From positions 124,001 to 188,000 of the forward strand of contig MU619266.1 of NCBI GenBank assembly GCA_025201805.1: DNA of 64,000 nt. Direction: 5' to 3'. The position numbers and the translations under genes were made by a program. The stretch's first letter is position 1, and the number at the start of each line of letters is the position of its first letter. This DNA is from Parasitella parasitica NRRL 2501. Taxonomy: Eukaryota; Fungi; Mucoromycota. The notes below the pieces were generated by a model that ran no database searches, was not told the origin of the DNA, and saw nothing but the letters and a program-made list of their open reading frames with translations. Shown piece after piece: positions 13,663 through 25,500 of this stretch.

Positions 13663-15848
13663 TAAGTTTTCTTTCTTTTGAGATTGACATTGAAGATATG
13701 AGGGTGAAAGAAGAAAATAATTGCAAACTTGATATGATCACTTTGTACGAAGGTCTTTGTGGTGCATTAAGATTTACTCTTGGGCTGATTGCACCAGAAA
13801 GCTATAATCAAGTCGTTTTGACACTTTCTTTTTGTTAAACATTGATAACAATACATATTACTATTAGCTGCTATTCTAAAATTATCCTCTTTATTTATAT
13901 ATCATATATTATTCATTTTGAAATTTAGATTGTTTGCTTGTTTCTTCTTGTTCCACTGACCATCATTATAATAATTTGTTGCAAATTTTCAGCGAGGATT
14001 TCCATATTTAGAGAAAAAGAGCAGTTGCTTTGTTTTATTTAGAGTAAAAATACACAGAGAATGTGTTGTAAAATTAGCTATCTACACCATATATTCAAGT
14101 TCAAGGTAGTCTTTAAAGAAGGGTACGATTGTCTATTGACAAACATCTGTGATTCTGGGTGTAAGTGTGTTTATTGACTTTGGATCAAAAACCTTTAATT
14201 GGATTCAGGAAAGGAGAGCAAGGTTGAAGATAAACACATTTATGTCCTTGAATCATCATAAATTTCTATACAGATAATTTTTTTATGAATGGGTGGTCCT
14301 ATCCTGGTGGCAGGCTGTTTCCTTTTTCTCTGGTAATTTCTTACTTTCAGTTGATCTGGCGTCTTCTAGTGTCAGACAAGTGCCAAGCTGGGTTCTCTAT
14401 ATCTAGTTGCACAATAGAACAGCTAGTCAAACCTGTGCCATCTTTCCATGATTTGGAATGCTTCAAAATTGAGTGTCTTTATAGAGCCATTATAGGTTTT
14501 AGGCACCTGATTCGTTTTTCTTTTTGGGTCTACGCGAGCTTCAGTGTGCTATTGTCAAAAAAAAAAAAGACAAAAACTGTAAGAAAACAATGTTTAGCAA
14601 TCTTAAGCACAAAAACAAGTAATACGGTAATAAGTTAAACTATAAGGCACCTTTCGATTATATATTTGCATAGTTGGAGTAAGCTTTTGCACTTTTTAAG
14701 TTGAAATCAGATGAAGGTAGCGACTCCTGACTTTTTTCGGAAAAGTATTTTTCCAAATCGGAGCGTGAGATAATCAGGCCATGTCGAGACATGCAAGTAC
14801 TACCATTGAAAAGCCAAGAAGTACACTGTTTAAATAAAATAAGTTGCTGTTTTTCTCTTGAATTGGGTTAGCTATGACTTCTCAAAGCTAATGCTTTCTT
14901 CAAAAAACAAGCATTTTTCTTTGTTAGCGGAGATTAAACATGTCCAAAATTAGGAAGAGAAAATTCTTTCAGAATCTCCATTTGGACAAAACAAAATCAA
15001 AATTACTCCTTTGAGGCAAAATATCATCCTCTGATACTATGCATACCACGGCTGTCAGTCTATGATAATAGCTGTATATTTGGGCAGGCTACACGATGGT
15101 GTTATTTTCATAATCCCCGTATGCCTATGGAAGGAATTATATCGAGAAAACCTCAAAACATATCAAGAGGGAAACGTCAATATTTTGCTTAATCAGAGCG
15201 CATTTTTAGTCTTTCAGATCAAGGAATGGTCTTTTGCGATCATTTTCCTCTAATATATAACATAGTAAAAAGTTGCATTTTTGAGGTCAAAATCGAGGAC
15301 AATGCATAATTGATGATTTTGGATGTGTGGATACAAGGAAAAAATCGAAAAAATCCATGATTTTGCATCGAAAAAAAAAGCATGCTCAAATTGCACCAAA
15401 ATCATATATGATATAGTTTTTTCCCAATGGATACTATTTCTGGCAATTTCAGGGCACTTTTGATTATGAATATCAGTCAAAAAATGGCACAAAAAGCTAA
15501 ATTTCTTGCTTTCAAGTTTTGTGGCCCGCTGGTGATTGTTCAGTTTCAGGTATCTGAAGTATATGTCGATAGTGTTGGTAAAGAATTTCCATTGTATTGA
15601 AAAATGGGATAAAGAACCCAAGTAGTCATTCATTTAAAAATACCTATTGCTCCTGCAAAATGGTTGTTTGATCAAAAATAAAATGATTAGAGCGTCGCAA
15701 TTTCGCACATCATTATAAAATGTTCTCTATTCTTGTGCATTTTTAATCTAAAATAGAAATCTAAAATGTATTGGTATTTAATACTTTTTGTCTCGGGAGG
15801 CATTCCTCTTCTCTCAGAAACTTCTTGGCTTTTATCAGAAATAAAAGG

Positions 15849-16990
15849 TTTTTTTATCTGCTTGTACGTATGAAGAGAAATGTTAAAAACGTAATACGAC
15901 TATAATAAAAAGAGAGCGGGTGGAGAGATAAGTGACCCAAATCGAGGATGTTCAAGAGTTATCTACAATCATTTAAAGACGATAAGTGTCTCAAGTTGAT
16001 ATGACACGATCCACAACGGATTGGTTGTCAAAATCAACTGCTCCAAAGAAATTAAGCCATTTGGCCCGCCAGATGGCTGTGATCACACAAGTAAAGGCAT
16101 CAAAGGTAAAGATCCGCAAATTAGAGTCTAAGAGACGATATACAGACATATTTAACGACATTATGTCTACATATACTTTAACCGTGTTGAGGGATGTCGA
16201 GGGTACGAATACCAAGGAAAAGTAATTCCACCAGATTCCATAATGAGTAGGGCAAGAGAAGAGCATATGACAAGTAGTCTCCCGCACACCGCAATAGACG
16301 CATATTTCATCGGTCAAACGAAGTATATTGACTAGGTTGGCTTTGGAAGAGAATTTGTTGTGGATCATGGTAATGACATACCGCCACGGCACGATGTTTT
16401 GTGATTACAAACAGATTCTTATTTTCCGCAATTTAGATAATCACTCTATTGGGAAGAAGTTGAAAAATAACAAAACTCACTCATTTCAATCCAGAAGCTA
16501 TCTCAAATATCAGCGTTATTTATTCAAGGTATACTTCAAGGAATAGCTTAGCTTGAGCTGCTCAGCTTCAATTTTAATAGAAACAAGGCTTACGGTCTAC
16601 AATTTCCCTGCAAACGGCCAGCCATTGACTCGGATGATGATACCGACGAAACATACCAACCGTCAAATACGTCCTCAAGTGATTGTACCAAACAACCTGT
16701 GCGCCCTGCAAATAGCTACTTCCACCTTGCTGGTGCAGGACTGGACAATTATATCCCTCCCACCAATGCCGAAAAGGCATATATCTTTTAGCTGTGCAGA
16801 TGGACCAGTGCTGATTTTTTGGGATCAAACAGTGGATGGCAGACGGCATGGATCTCATAGCCAAATTCCTGGAATATCGAACCGGGATCGACGATTAACA
16901 TGCACTGTCCATAAAATTGATCTAAAAATAGACAGCAAGTTGCATTTGGTGCGAGTCGAACAACATGGACATGAACATGGGAACACCTGA
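15849..16990 (-). mobile_element. 5'-truncated, decayed L1-like non-LTR retrotransposon fragment (zf-RVT C-terminus of ORF2)
   Basis: ORF 15991-16392 has CVYCGVRETTCHMLFSCP (CCHC) followed by W...F and ITAIWRAKW, typical of L1/Tx1 ORF2 ends. A short A-run on the minus strand at 15849-15855 may be the tail. The upstream extent to ~16990 is tentative. Confidence 0.75.
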
Positions 16991-17088
16991 TCTGAAGTTG
17001 GTTTTTAGAAATTACATGTCATGTATAACATTCAAAATAATGCTACAACATCACCTTTTCCTCTCGTTCTCTTAAATTACACATCAAT

Positions 17089-17685
17089 ATGGCTTGCAAC
17101 GTAAAAACTAGGCTCAATGTGGGCGGAAAAACCTTCCTTATAGGCTACGATACCATCAAGAAATCTACTATTTTACAAAAGAAATATAGAAATAAACACA
17201 ATGTGGGCACTTTATCTGATACTAGCAATGATGCTGGAGACGATGAAGACGATGAAGACTATGAAGAAATTGAACCATTAGATATTTTTATTGACAGAGA
17301 CGGCCAGCTATTTCAAGGAATTCTGGAATATTGGAGATCCCAAACCGTCCCCTCAAAGGATGTAGAGTACTTGAACAAGTTGAGACTCGAGGCCTGTTAT
17401 TTCTGCGCTCATGATTTGGTTTTAAAAGTAGATGAAATCCTCAAGGAGAACGACATTAATGACGACGACTTTGAGTATCAGTCCATCCAGCACCCGTTCC
17501 AAAGTAATTATTTGATCAAGCCAAGCGAGGGCGAACTAAAGCCGTTCGAAGAAGATGCCACCATTGTATCTGCGTACAAGTATTGTCTCTCTCCAAATGT
17601 GTTTGAATCAAGACTAGTTATCCAGCGTCCTCGTAAAAGATGCAAACTGGCTGAAAAATGGTATTTTATCTGCATAATCTATTGA
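17089..17685 (+). CDS. BTB/POZ (KCTD/T1-type, BTB_2) domain protein, intronless
   Basis: RLNVGGKTF ... IFIDRDGQLFQGILEYWRS ... LRLEACYF, with an acidic insert. Confidence 0.85.
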   Translation: MACNVKTRLNVGGKTFLIGYDTIKKSTILQKKYRNKHNVGTLSDTSNDAGDDEDDEDYEEIEPLDIFIDRDGQLFQGILEYWRSQTVPSKDVEYLNKLRLEACYFCAHDLVLKVDEILKENDINDDDFEYQSIQHPFQSNYLIKPSEGELKPFEEDATIVSAYKYCLSPNVFESRLVIQRPRKRCKLAEKWYFICIIY

Positions 17686-17837
17686 AATTTGAATTAAGAT
17701 GATAAAATCAAATGACTGATTAATTTGACGACATGCTGGTGTATGTATTCCTAGCTTTTTTTTTTTTAAAAAAAAAAGCTTGCTGGCCGACACTCGAATT
17801 ACACTTTATTTTCATCTTTGGCTTTCTTCTAGTTAGA

Positions 17838-18404
17838 ATGGTTTCCTCAAATTTGTCTTTTTCCTCCAGCGACACCGAAGAAGATATGGACATTGTCAAA
17901 TTAAATGTGGGCGGTGAACTTTCCATGACATTTTGTAATACAATAATGAAGTCTGATGCAACTCATCTTATCAATTTGGTGAGTCAATCAGCATAAGACG
18001 AAATATACATCGATCGCAGTAGTGTGCTGTTTCAGGACATCATGCTTTATATCAGAGAAAGCGTTTTCCTGGTCAAAGATCTAAAAAAGCTTCGCGCTCT
18101 TGCGAAAGAAGCAGTATTTTACGATACCAAAAGCATGGTCAAAAAGCTGGAGACAGCCATAGTTGAAGCTGAAGAGTTGCAAAAAAAACAAATGACCAAG
18201 CTCAAATTTGTGCTAAAAGATATCCTTAAAATGTCTAATACGTTCCAACAATCTACAGTAGCTTCACCAAAGTATAGGATTATTGAAGAACAGGATGGCG
18301 TTTCTCAAAAATACCATCTGATTGATATTGTATATGTTAAAGGTATTAACAGATGTTTTGATCATGGAAGGCTTAATGCTCCTGCCCTTCCACTCCTAAA
18401 CTAG
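17838..18404 (+). pseudogene. Second BTB/POZ (BTB_2) gene interrupted by one in-frame TAA (17994-17996)
   Basis: VKLNVGG...SQSA*DEIYIDRSSVLFQDIMLYIR...LAKEAVFY. ORF-track pieces 17733-17996 and 18024-18404 are in the same frame. Confidence 0.78.
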
Positions 18405-21163
18405 TCCTGGTATCAAGAGACTAAAATTCGAATCCACAGCAACCATAATACTGTATTTTTTTCGGACGAAGTCCAGACTCTTGGAAAATAAAATTTGCGA
18501 TCTGTCTTTCACTACTTAATCTATCTAACTTTTTAACGGAAAGAACACCTAATGATTTCCAAAGAAGAGGCCAGCTGTATTTGTTATTGCAAAAATAATA
18601 TCTATTGATCAGTACTTTTACGACAATCAGTTCAAGTATTTTGATAGTGTCCAGCTGCTGAATAATCCTGAAGATCTTAAACTGTTTAATTGCCCAGCTT
18701 CAAAATAAAGGGGTAAATACAATTGAAATTACAAAATTTGAGTTTTCTAATCTGCATAGTTTTCTACCAAATGCAAGCTGCTACGATGTTTATTATATCT
18801 CAAAAGGTTTGAATTATTGCTTTCATTTCAATATAATAGAGGTTTATATGGATTTTTTCGAAACAAACGTCGATATCTTTAAAACTTTCCCTTTTTTGGA
18901 GACTTGTATCTACGTTAGATTCAGTATATTCGAGGCAAAAGAAAATACATAGTGCTTGTTCTCTTTTTATGTTCTCAACCCTATCATAATGTATAACTAC
19001 GCATTATGTAATAAAGCGAATTTGATATCTACGTAAATGTGAATAAACTGTTATAGCTGTTCTCAAGAGAAATCAGCTTGCTTTATGATAATTTAAGGTA
19101 TTAAATTTTCTCACTTGTACAGAAACGTCGTATTTACACTGTCTCTACTCCTAACGTTTGCTTTTATACTAGCTCAACCTGTGCTTTCAAATTATCCAAA
19201 AATTCTTTACAAAATCTAAAAGTTTGCCAAATTATCGCTTATCAAATAAGACCTGTTTGAGAAGTGTGGACAGGAATACTATGCACGATAATGAAGATTT
19301 AGTAGAAAAAACAATATTTCTTTAGTACTTTAGTTTAGAAGCAAAAGAATCAAATTTAGCGTTCGTCAATTAGAGCTAGCATCTACTAAAGCTTCAGTAT
19401 CTTATATCCCAACCAAGCGAGTGTGAGTTCAAGAAATACCACTGACAAGCGAGCAAGCAAGCGAGTAGCCTTAAATAATTGAACAACCAAGCAAACCTCA
19501 AGCGGGAATTTTCCTTGACTTCATTTGACGTCGCAGCTATCAAGTAAAAAATGTCAATGTTGTAGTAAAATCTCCCCGGAAAATTTGCAAAACAGAATAG
19601 ATCTAATGCAAAAAACGAATGCTATAGCTAGGACCCAAAGTCTGTAGTACCGCCAAATGAGTTGGGTTTAACGAGGCCACTAGGATCCCACCCTGGATTA
19701 CATCACCAAGTCGGTATGAATTTACTGCTCCCATACTCCTACTAGGCATCAAATGTGAGTGTTGTCGACTCTGACGAGGTCGTAATGGTTTTTACTCGCT
19801 AATGCACAGTTAAACAAATCAAAAGGTGAGTAGAGGGATGATGGAAGTTCACGACAAATCTACACCCCCAGAATTCTTGCTAATGGCTGAATGAAGGACA
19901 TAGATTTCTTGAAAGAGGAACCAGAATACAAAACACAAAGGAAACCAAAGAAGTGAAGAGTTAAAAGATGGCATCTAATCGTTTAGGAAGCAAGCATTAT
20001 GGCAAAGCTCTAACCCTACATTCGTAGCCGAGCTTGCAGAAATTGTTATGAATACAGTACACGGGCATCAAGTGTTTATGAAACATTTGAGGAAATGGGT
20101 ATTATTTTGCTAAATAAAGTCGTAAATGCTAAGCAGAAACTGTACAGCCATTACCCTCCAAAAAATAATCAGTGGATCAGTTCAAAGATCACTTATAGAA
20201 GGAGCTCTTGCATCTTCTATTTGACTTGGTTACGATTCCGGTATATGCCGCCCTTCATTCTTACTCAATCAACTCATCAGAGCTTATCTGTTACCGTTAT
20301 TACATCACGTTTACTATAAGCATACTTTATCAACGAGCTAATTTTTTATAAAATGCGTACAAAAAATAAGTTTTCAAATGTAGCTTAATACCTGCATTTC
20401 ATAAATTCGCATATAAATATCAAAGATCTTGTAATGGAAATTAAGGACCAAAGCCGATAACAAGGAAAGCAAATTTGGGGGAAAAAAAAAAACCTACAGT
20501 TGCCGCCAGGATATCATGATCATCAGCCTTTGATCTACTAGGTTGATTGAACAGCGGTATCAACATCTATAGAGTTAATTGATTTAAGAAACATTTAGTA
20601 CTGCATCTACCGTAAATATTTTATAGAAGATTCAGTGCTTGTATCAATTTCAACACTATACCTATTTTGTATTATGTACGTCGATAATTTTTGCTGCTTT
20701 CGCGCAGCAAAGTTTCAGATGTCCAGTCAAAAAGTGATATGTGAGCACATTTGTATCCATGTTTTCGTTGATATCTATAAAGTTATCAGCAAAAACATGT
20801 GGAAAACGCATATAAACGCTGATAGGCTACGATAAAGAGCAAAGTAAACCCTGTTTTATGCTTCTTTAAAACAGGCACAATCATCGCTATTTGAGCATAA
20901 CTTTGATTTCCACTGGACGATGTGTTTATCAAGAGTTATGCACAAAAACAGTTTTTTTTTTTCTTTCTTTTCAAAATTTAACATAAATATCTAGCAATCA
21001 ATGCCAACCCTTCAGCAGTTACCAGTTATCTTGAATTCACTTTAAACTGTTGGTTACTCTTTGTGCATACCATGCATATGTGTTATTTGTACTTTGGAGC
21101 CCGCTGTCGGATCATCTCTGCATGTAGGACAATAAATTGACATCTCTTGCATTTAAGTTTGTT

Positions 21164-21967
21164 TTATTGCGTGCTACAACTAATTTTGCGAGCTATAAAG
21201 ACTAAACCATCGTATGTACAGCTAGATGAAGCCTCGATAGGTACCAGTTCGCCATTGTCTCGTCTTTTCCAATTAAACCTTATTCTACTGATCAACCCAC
21301 TTGATTTTGATAGCTCTATCAGTTCTTCAACACTAGATCTATCGTCTATGTCTACAAAGTCATACAGTGATTCACCAATCAAGTCTATTTGACTTGTTCC
21401 CACTATTTCTTGACACATTTGAGTTGCAAATACAATGACAGACGTGCTCGTATATCGATTTATAAATAAACAAAATCGAGGCTCTTGCTCTGCAATCACA
21501 TTTTTATTGATACCCCAAGGATGCTTCTCGTTGAACAAGTACTTGATACGTTCTTGGCAAGTGTTCCATGCGTCCGATGATTGTATCGATCCATCAGGTT
21601 GAACGACATAGACTTCATCTGCTGAGCTGGCCCGAATTTTGTGTTTACTGCAATTTTCATTTACCACCGCAAAGTTTGTACAAATCAGCACATCGTAGCA
21701 ATAGTGAACTACGACATCACACAAAATATAATGGCCATCCTTATGTCGATTTCGGTAGGTGTTTACACAGGACATTCTTTCGTTCTTCACATTGCTCCGG
21801 TGTACGACGCTAAGCGCTTGTCGTTCGTCTGGATGTGTCAAATAATATCCTCCCCGTCCAATTAGCTCTTCTGGAAGATAGCCAAGGATATCGGTAATGC
21901 TCTCTGACACAAACAAGTATTTTGCCTCTGCCGTATTGTCGTAAATTGAGATAAAATTGATTTCCAT
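21164..21967 (-). CDS. Stand-alone tandem PAS-domain protein (~267 aa), intronless
   Basis: YLFVSESITDILGYLPEELIG...THPDE...YRNRHKDGHYI (PAS_3-like) and a second PAS (FATQMCQEIVG...LIGESLYDFVDIDDR). No output domain. ATG at 21967-21965. Confidence 0.8.
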   Translation of the reverse strand: MEINFISIYDNTAEAKYLFVSESITDILGYLPEELIGRGGYYLTHPDERQALSVVHRSNVKNERMSCVNTYRNRHKDGHYILCDVVVHYCYDVLICTNFAVVNENCSKHKIRASSADEVYVVQPDGSIQSSDAWNTCQERIKYLFNEKHPWGINKNVIAEQEPRFCLFINRYTSTSVIVFATQMCQEIVGTSQIDLIGESLYDFVDIDDRSSVEELIELSKSSGLISRIRFNWKRRDNGELVPIEASSSCTYDGLVFIARKISCSTQ

Positions 21968-22563
21968 GTTGCTGATAACATATAGAGTAAAATGATAGGA
22001 ATTTTTTTTTTTTNNNNNNNNNNNNNNNNNNNNNNNNNNNNNNNNNNNATACCGTTCACACATATTATAGCTCTGTCTTTAATCTAGAACATTGAACACT
22101 GCTTGCATGGCACTTGCCTCAAGCGCTTGTGTTCTACACTCATCCTCTTTATAAACGCATTCTATCCGAACATGAAAAGATTAATGTTGCGAGCCACTTT
22201 TTTGCTTCACGTAATAAGCATTGGGAATGTTTGAAATTTTTTACGTATGAATATGTACATTTGTTAAAAAACCTAAACGTAAAATGTCCATATTTTTTTA
22301 GTTGTTCAATTTTATATCATATTTTATCAACTTGCCATAGCTTTGCATATTTTGACAATTATTTGCTTCAAGATAATTTTACGGTTTGGCTCCATTCACA
22401 TATCCATAGAATCGGAGGGATTTGATAAAAAAAAAAACTATGGATAAAAGCCTATTATTGTATAATGGTTTGAATCACTGGGAGCGCAGGATCTCGTCTG
22501 TACCATCGGTCAGCACTGTAGCAAGAGAAAGACACTAATAGTACAATAACAAGAACAATTTTA

Positions 22564-25500
22564 TTAATTATTTAGTTGCTGTTGCTGTAAAATTTGCTGT
22601 TGTTTCCAATGCATTTGTTTTGTGTATTCATAGATACAAATTGCACCACTAACATGAACATTCAATGATCTTGTAATGCCATATTGAGGAATTTCAATGG
22701 TAACATCCAACATTTGCAATAAATCGGCAGGCACGCCTTGCCTCTCTTTACCTAAAAGTAAGACGCATTTCTCTGGAAACTCGTATTCGCCCAAAGTGGC
22801 ACTGGTGGTAGTCTGCTCCAAACCGCATAATGTATAGCCTTCTTCCTTTTTGCTTTGTAAGAAGGCAGCAACATCAGGTTCGGCTACTTCCACCATAGGC
22901 ATCCACCGTTCAGAGGAAACGCTGATGCTGGTAAAAGCAACATCGTCCTTGATCTTCAGTGTAGGTACAACTAACTGAGACGCGTTGAATATCTCGCAAG
23001 TACGACAAAGACCTGCCAAGTTGGGCAACCTGTCCACTAAACTCGCAACGACAATCAGATCATTACAACGGCGTTTCTTTCTATGAAGGCTCTTGGTTAA
23101 ATCCATGTCTGTTTCCAACATCATTTCCCAAGGCATAATCTTTTTCTGATAAACAACGTCTCTGGTTACAGGAGCAGCATCAGCATCAGCATCACCGCTG
23201 GCTGCGTTGTTGGCCTCTGCTTGCGCATTTTCAATTTCTTCTTCGATGCCAATCATCTCCGAGTCATCTGCAGAAGTGTAATACATTTTGCGGGCAGGGT
23301 TATCAAATGGGCAACGAGGGGAAGGCTGAGGATTGAGACGAATAAATGCCCGGGAGCCAATTTTTTCATTATCAATAACCTGGAATTCAGTCATCATTTG
23401 GCGAAATATAAATTCCACGTTGAAATCCTGAACAGGATCAAACTTGAACATGTAGAATTGGGCTTGGATCTTGTCAAAGAACTTGATACAATCCGTATAC
23501 GTCTCCATAAAAGCTCCAATCGATTTCAAGTATTTGTTATCTTCCAGCTGTTGGCCGAACCCCCTGGCAATGCAGCTCTTGTAGTTTCGTCTCCATGCGC
23601 AATACGAGAATAAACGAATCGTAAAGTGATTGGCAATAAGCCACGGAATCAATCGAACAAAGATTTCATCAAAGTAGCTCTCAATGACATCTTCTGGCAG
23701 AACATCGCACAGCGTAAACGTGATTGTCATCAACGAGATAATGAAGTTGGGTTTGTGGGAAGGATCAGAGATTTTGTTGTAGAGGACAGGCAAAAGATGA
23801 GGGTAGCGACACAAGATGCGAACAAGAGCCCACTCGATGTAACAACGAATCGAAGATATAGTTTCCTTGCGCATTAAACCAAACAGGACTTCAAGGTATC
23901 CATTTAATTTGGCTTCGTCAGCAAAGTCGATTATGAGTAGTGTTGAGCAGCACATGCGCAGCTAGAATAATAACACTTGTTCAACGTACTGCATAACGAA
24001 TATTCACTTGACATGTCGAGTTTTACCTTTAGTCTATGTTCTAATGTTGATGTAAAAGTAAGTTTAAACAAATTCTCGCCATTGTCCATCAAATGGAGTA
24101 ACTGATCCAAAAGTAAATTGGCAAACTGTCTGTGCTGCTCATCGTCAATGTTTAGTCTCAACAGAATGTCATTCATGTCAACACGAACAAGATAGTCGTT
24201 TTGATTCAGCATTGTCTCTGCCGTTCTAATAGACACAGTCAGCACTACCACCATACATATGCATGCGTATGTTTTTTTTTTACCCTTCAGCTTCTAAAAT
24301 CTCTGCTGGAGAAGCTAATTTCGTAGTAAGCGCAGCCTCGATCTTTTGATCATCTCTGTCTCTCAAAGGGCCAAACACAAGCAATTTAGCAATTTCAGGG
24401 ACGTACTGGATCATGGATTGATTAGCCTCCTTTGTCATAGTCGCCCAATATTGGTGCAAGAGATGCGAAGTCTGTGCCACGATGAATGGTTTGAGTTGGC
24501 CTGTTTCAATCACCATATTCAGGGCCTTCTTAATTGGACCATCGTCTTGATTCAATTCAGGCACACAAAGTAAAGCAGGCTGGAATATAACGTCAATGAA
24601 AGCCCCCATAAGCAAGGGGTAGGTCCTGGACTGGAACGCATTTTCGTTCATCAGTGCGATAGCATGATCCACACAGCTGTGAAGAGTCTCGGGTGTCTTG
24701 GTCCACGGGAATGTTAAAAGTGGGCCGAAACTGCGAATAATTGCTTCGCCGCACATTTCCGACGAGGTTTCAAGCTGCTCATCGGCCTCTTGGTACAGAG
24801 CGATGGGATCAAAGAACTCTTTATCAGTGACATTCTTGCTTTTCAGCTAACACAATAGGTCAAATCACTGCTCATTTATCAATGCAGGAATAGCGCCTCC
24901 TTACCATGATCGCATATTGAATGATTGATTCTACGCACTCCCATTTACTGCGGATAAATCTAGACGTGCAATCGCCCCAAGTTCTGCGAAGAATACAAGC
25001 GTCAAGAAATTGATAGTATCATCAGTGTAGATCGTACCTTTCACGTATTGCTTCTTGCGTGCGTTTCATTGGAAGGCTATAAACCAGAGAAAAAAGAGTA
25101 TCGTCGCAATCAAGTTCGACAATGCCAAGGTTTTTAGCAGCTTTGTAGACAATATTCAATAAGCTGATATAGCTTGGTTTTGACATTTCATGGTTGGCAT
25201 TCAATGCTGTTGAAATAGTGTTTATATCTAGGCTCATTCATGTCGTTGTTGGCTCAGTTTACCTTTAGGATGATACTTTAGCAAATCAAGACATGTATCG
25301 TAGTGCTGTTTGACAACATTAATTCTATCTTGGTCTTCAAAAGTGTCCTTGCCCAGAATGATTTTCTCGCTAAGCGAAATGTATAGAGCCATAACATCGT
25401 CATCTATGCACACGTTAGTATCCCATAACAAAAACTAGCATCTCCATGTAATTACTAGCGGGCTCCTCCTCTTCCTTATTAAGGTATCTATCGTCAATCC

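Noticed and set aside
18427-18445. TTCGAATCC...ACCA resembling a tRNA T-arm and 3' end
   Set aside because: No GG before TTCGA, no pairing T-stem, and no acceptor stem or D-arm.
19757-19800. CTGACGAG followed by a weak stem, like a hammerhead ribozyme core
   Set aside because: The required GAAA and a valid NUH cleavage triplet are missing; at most a dead relic.
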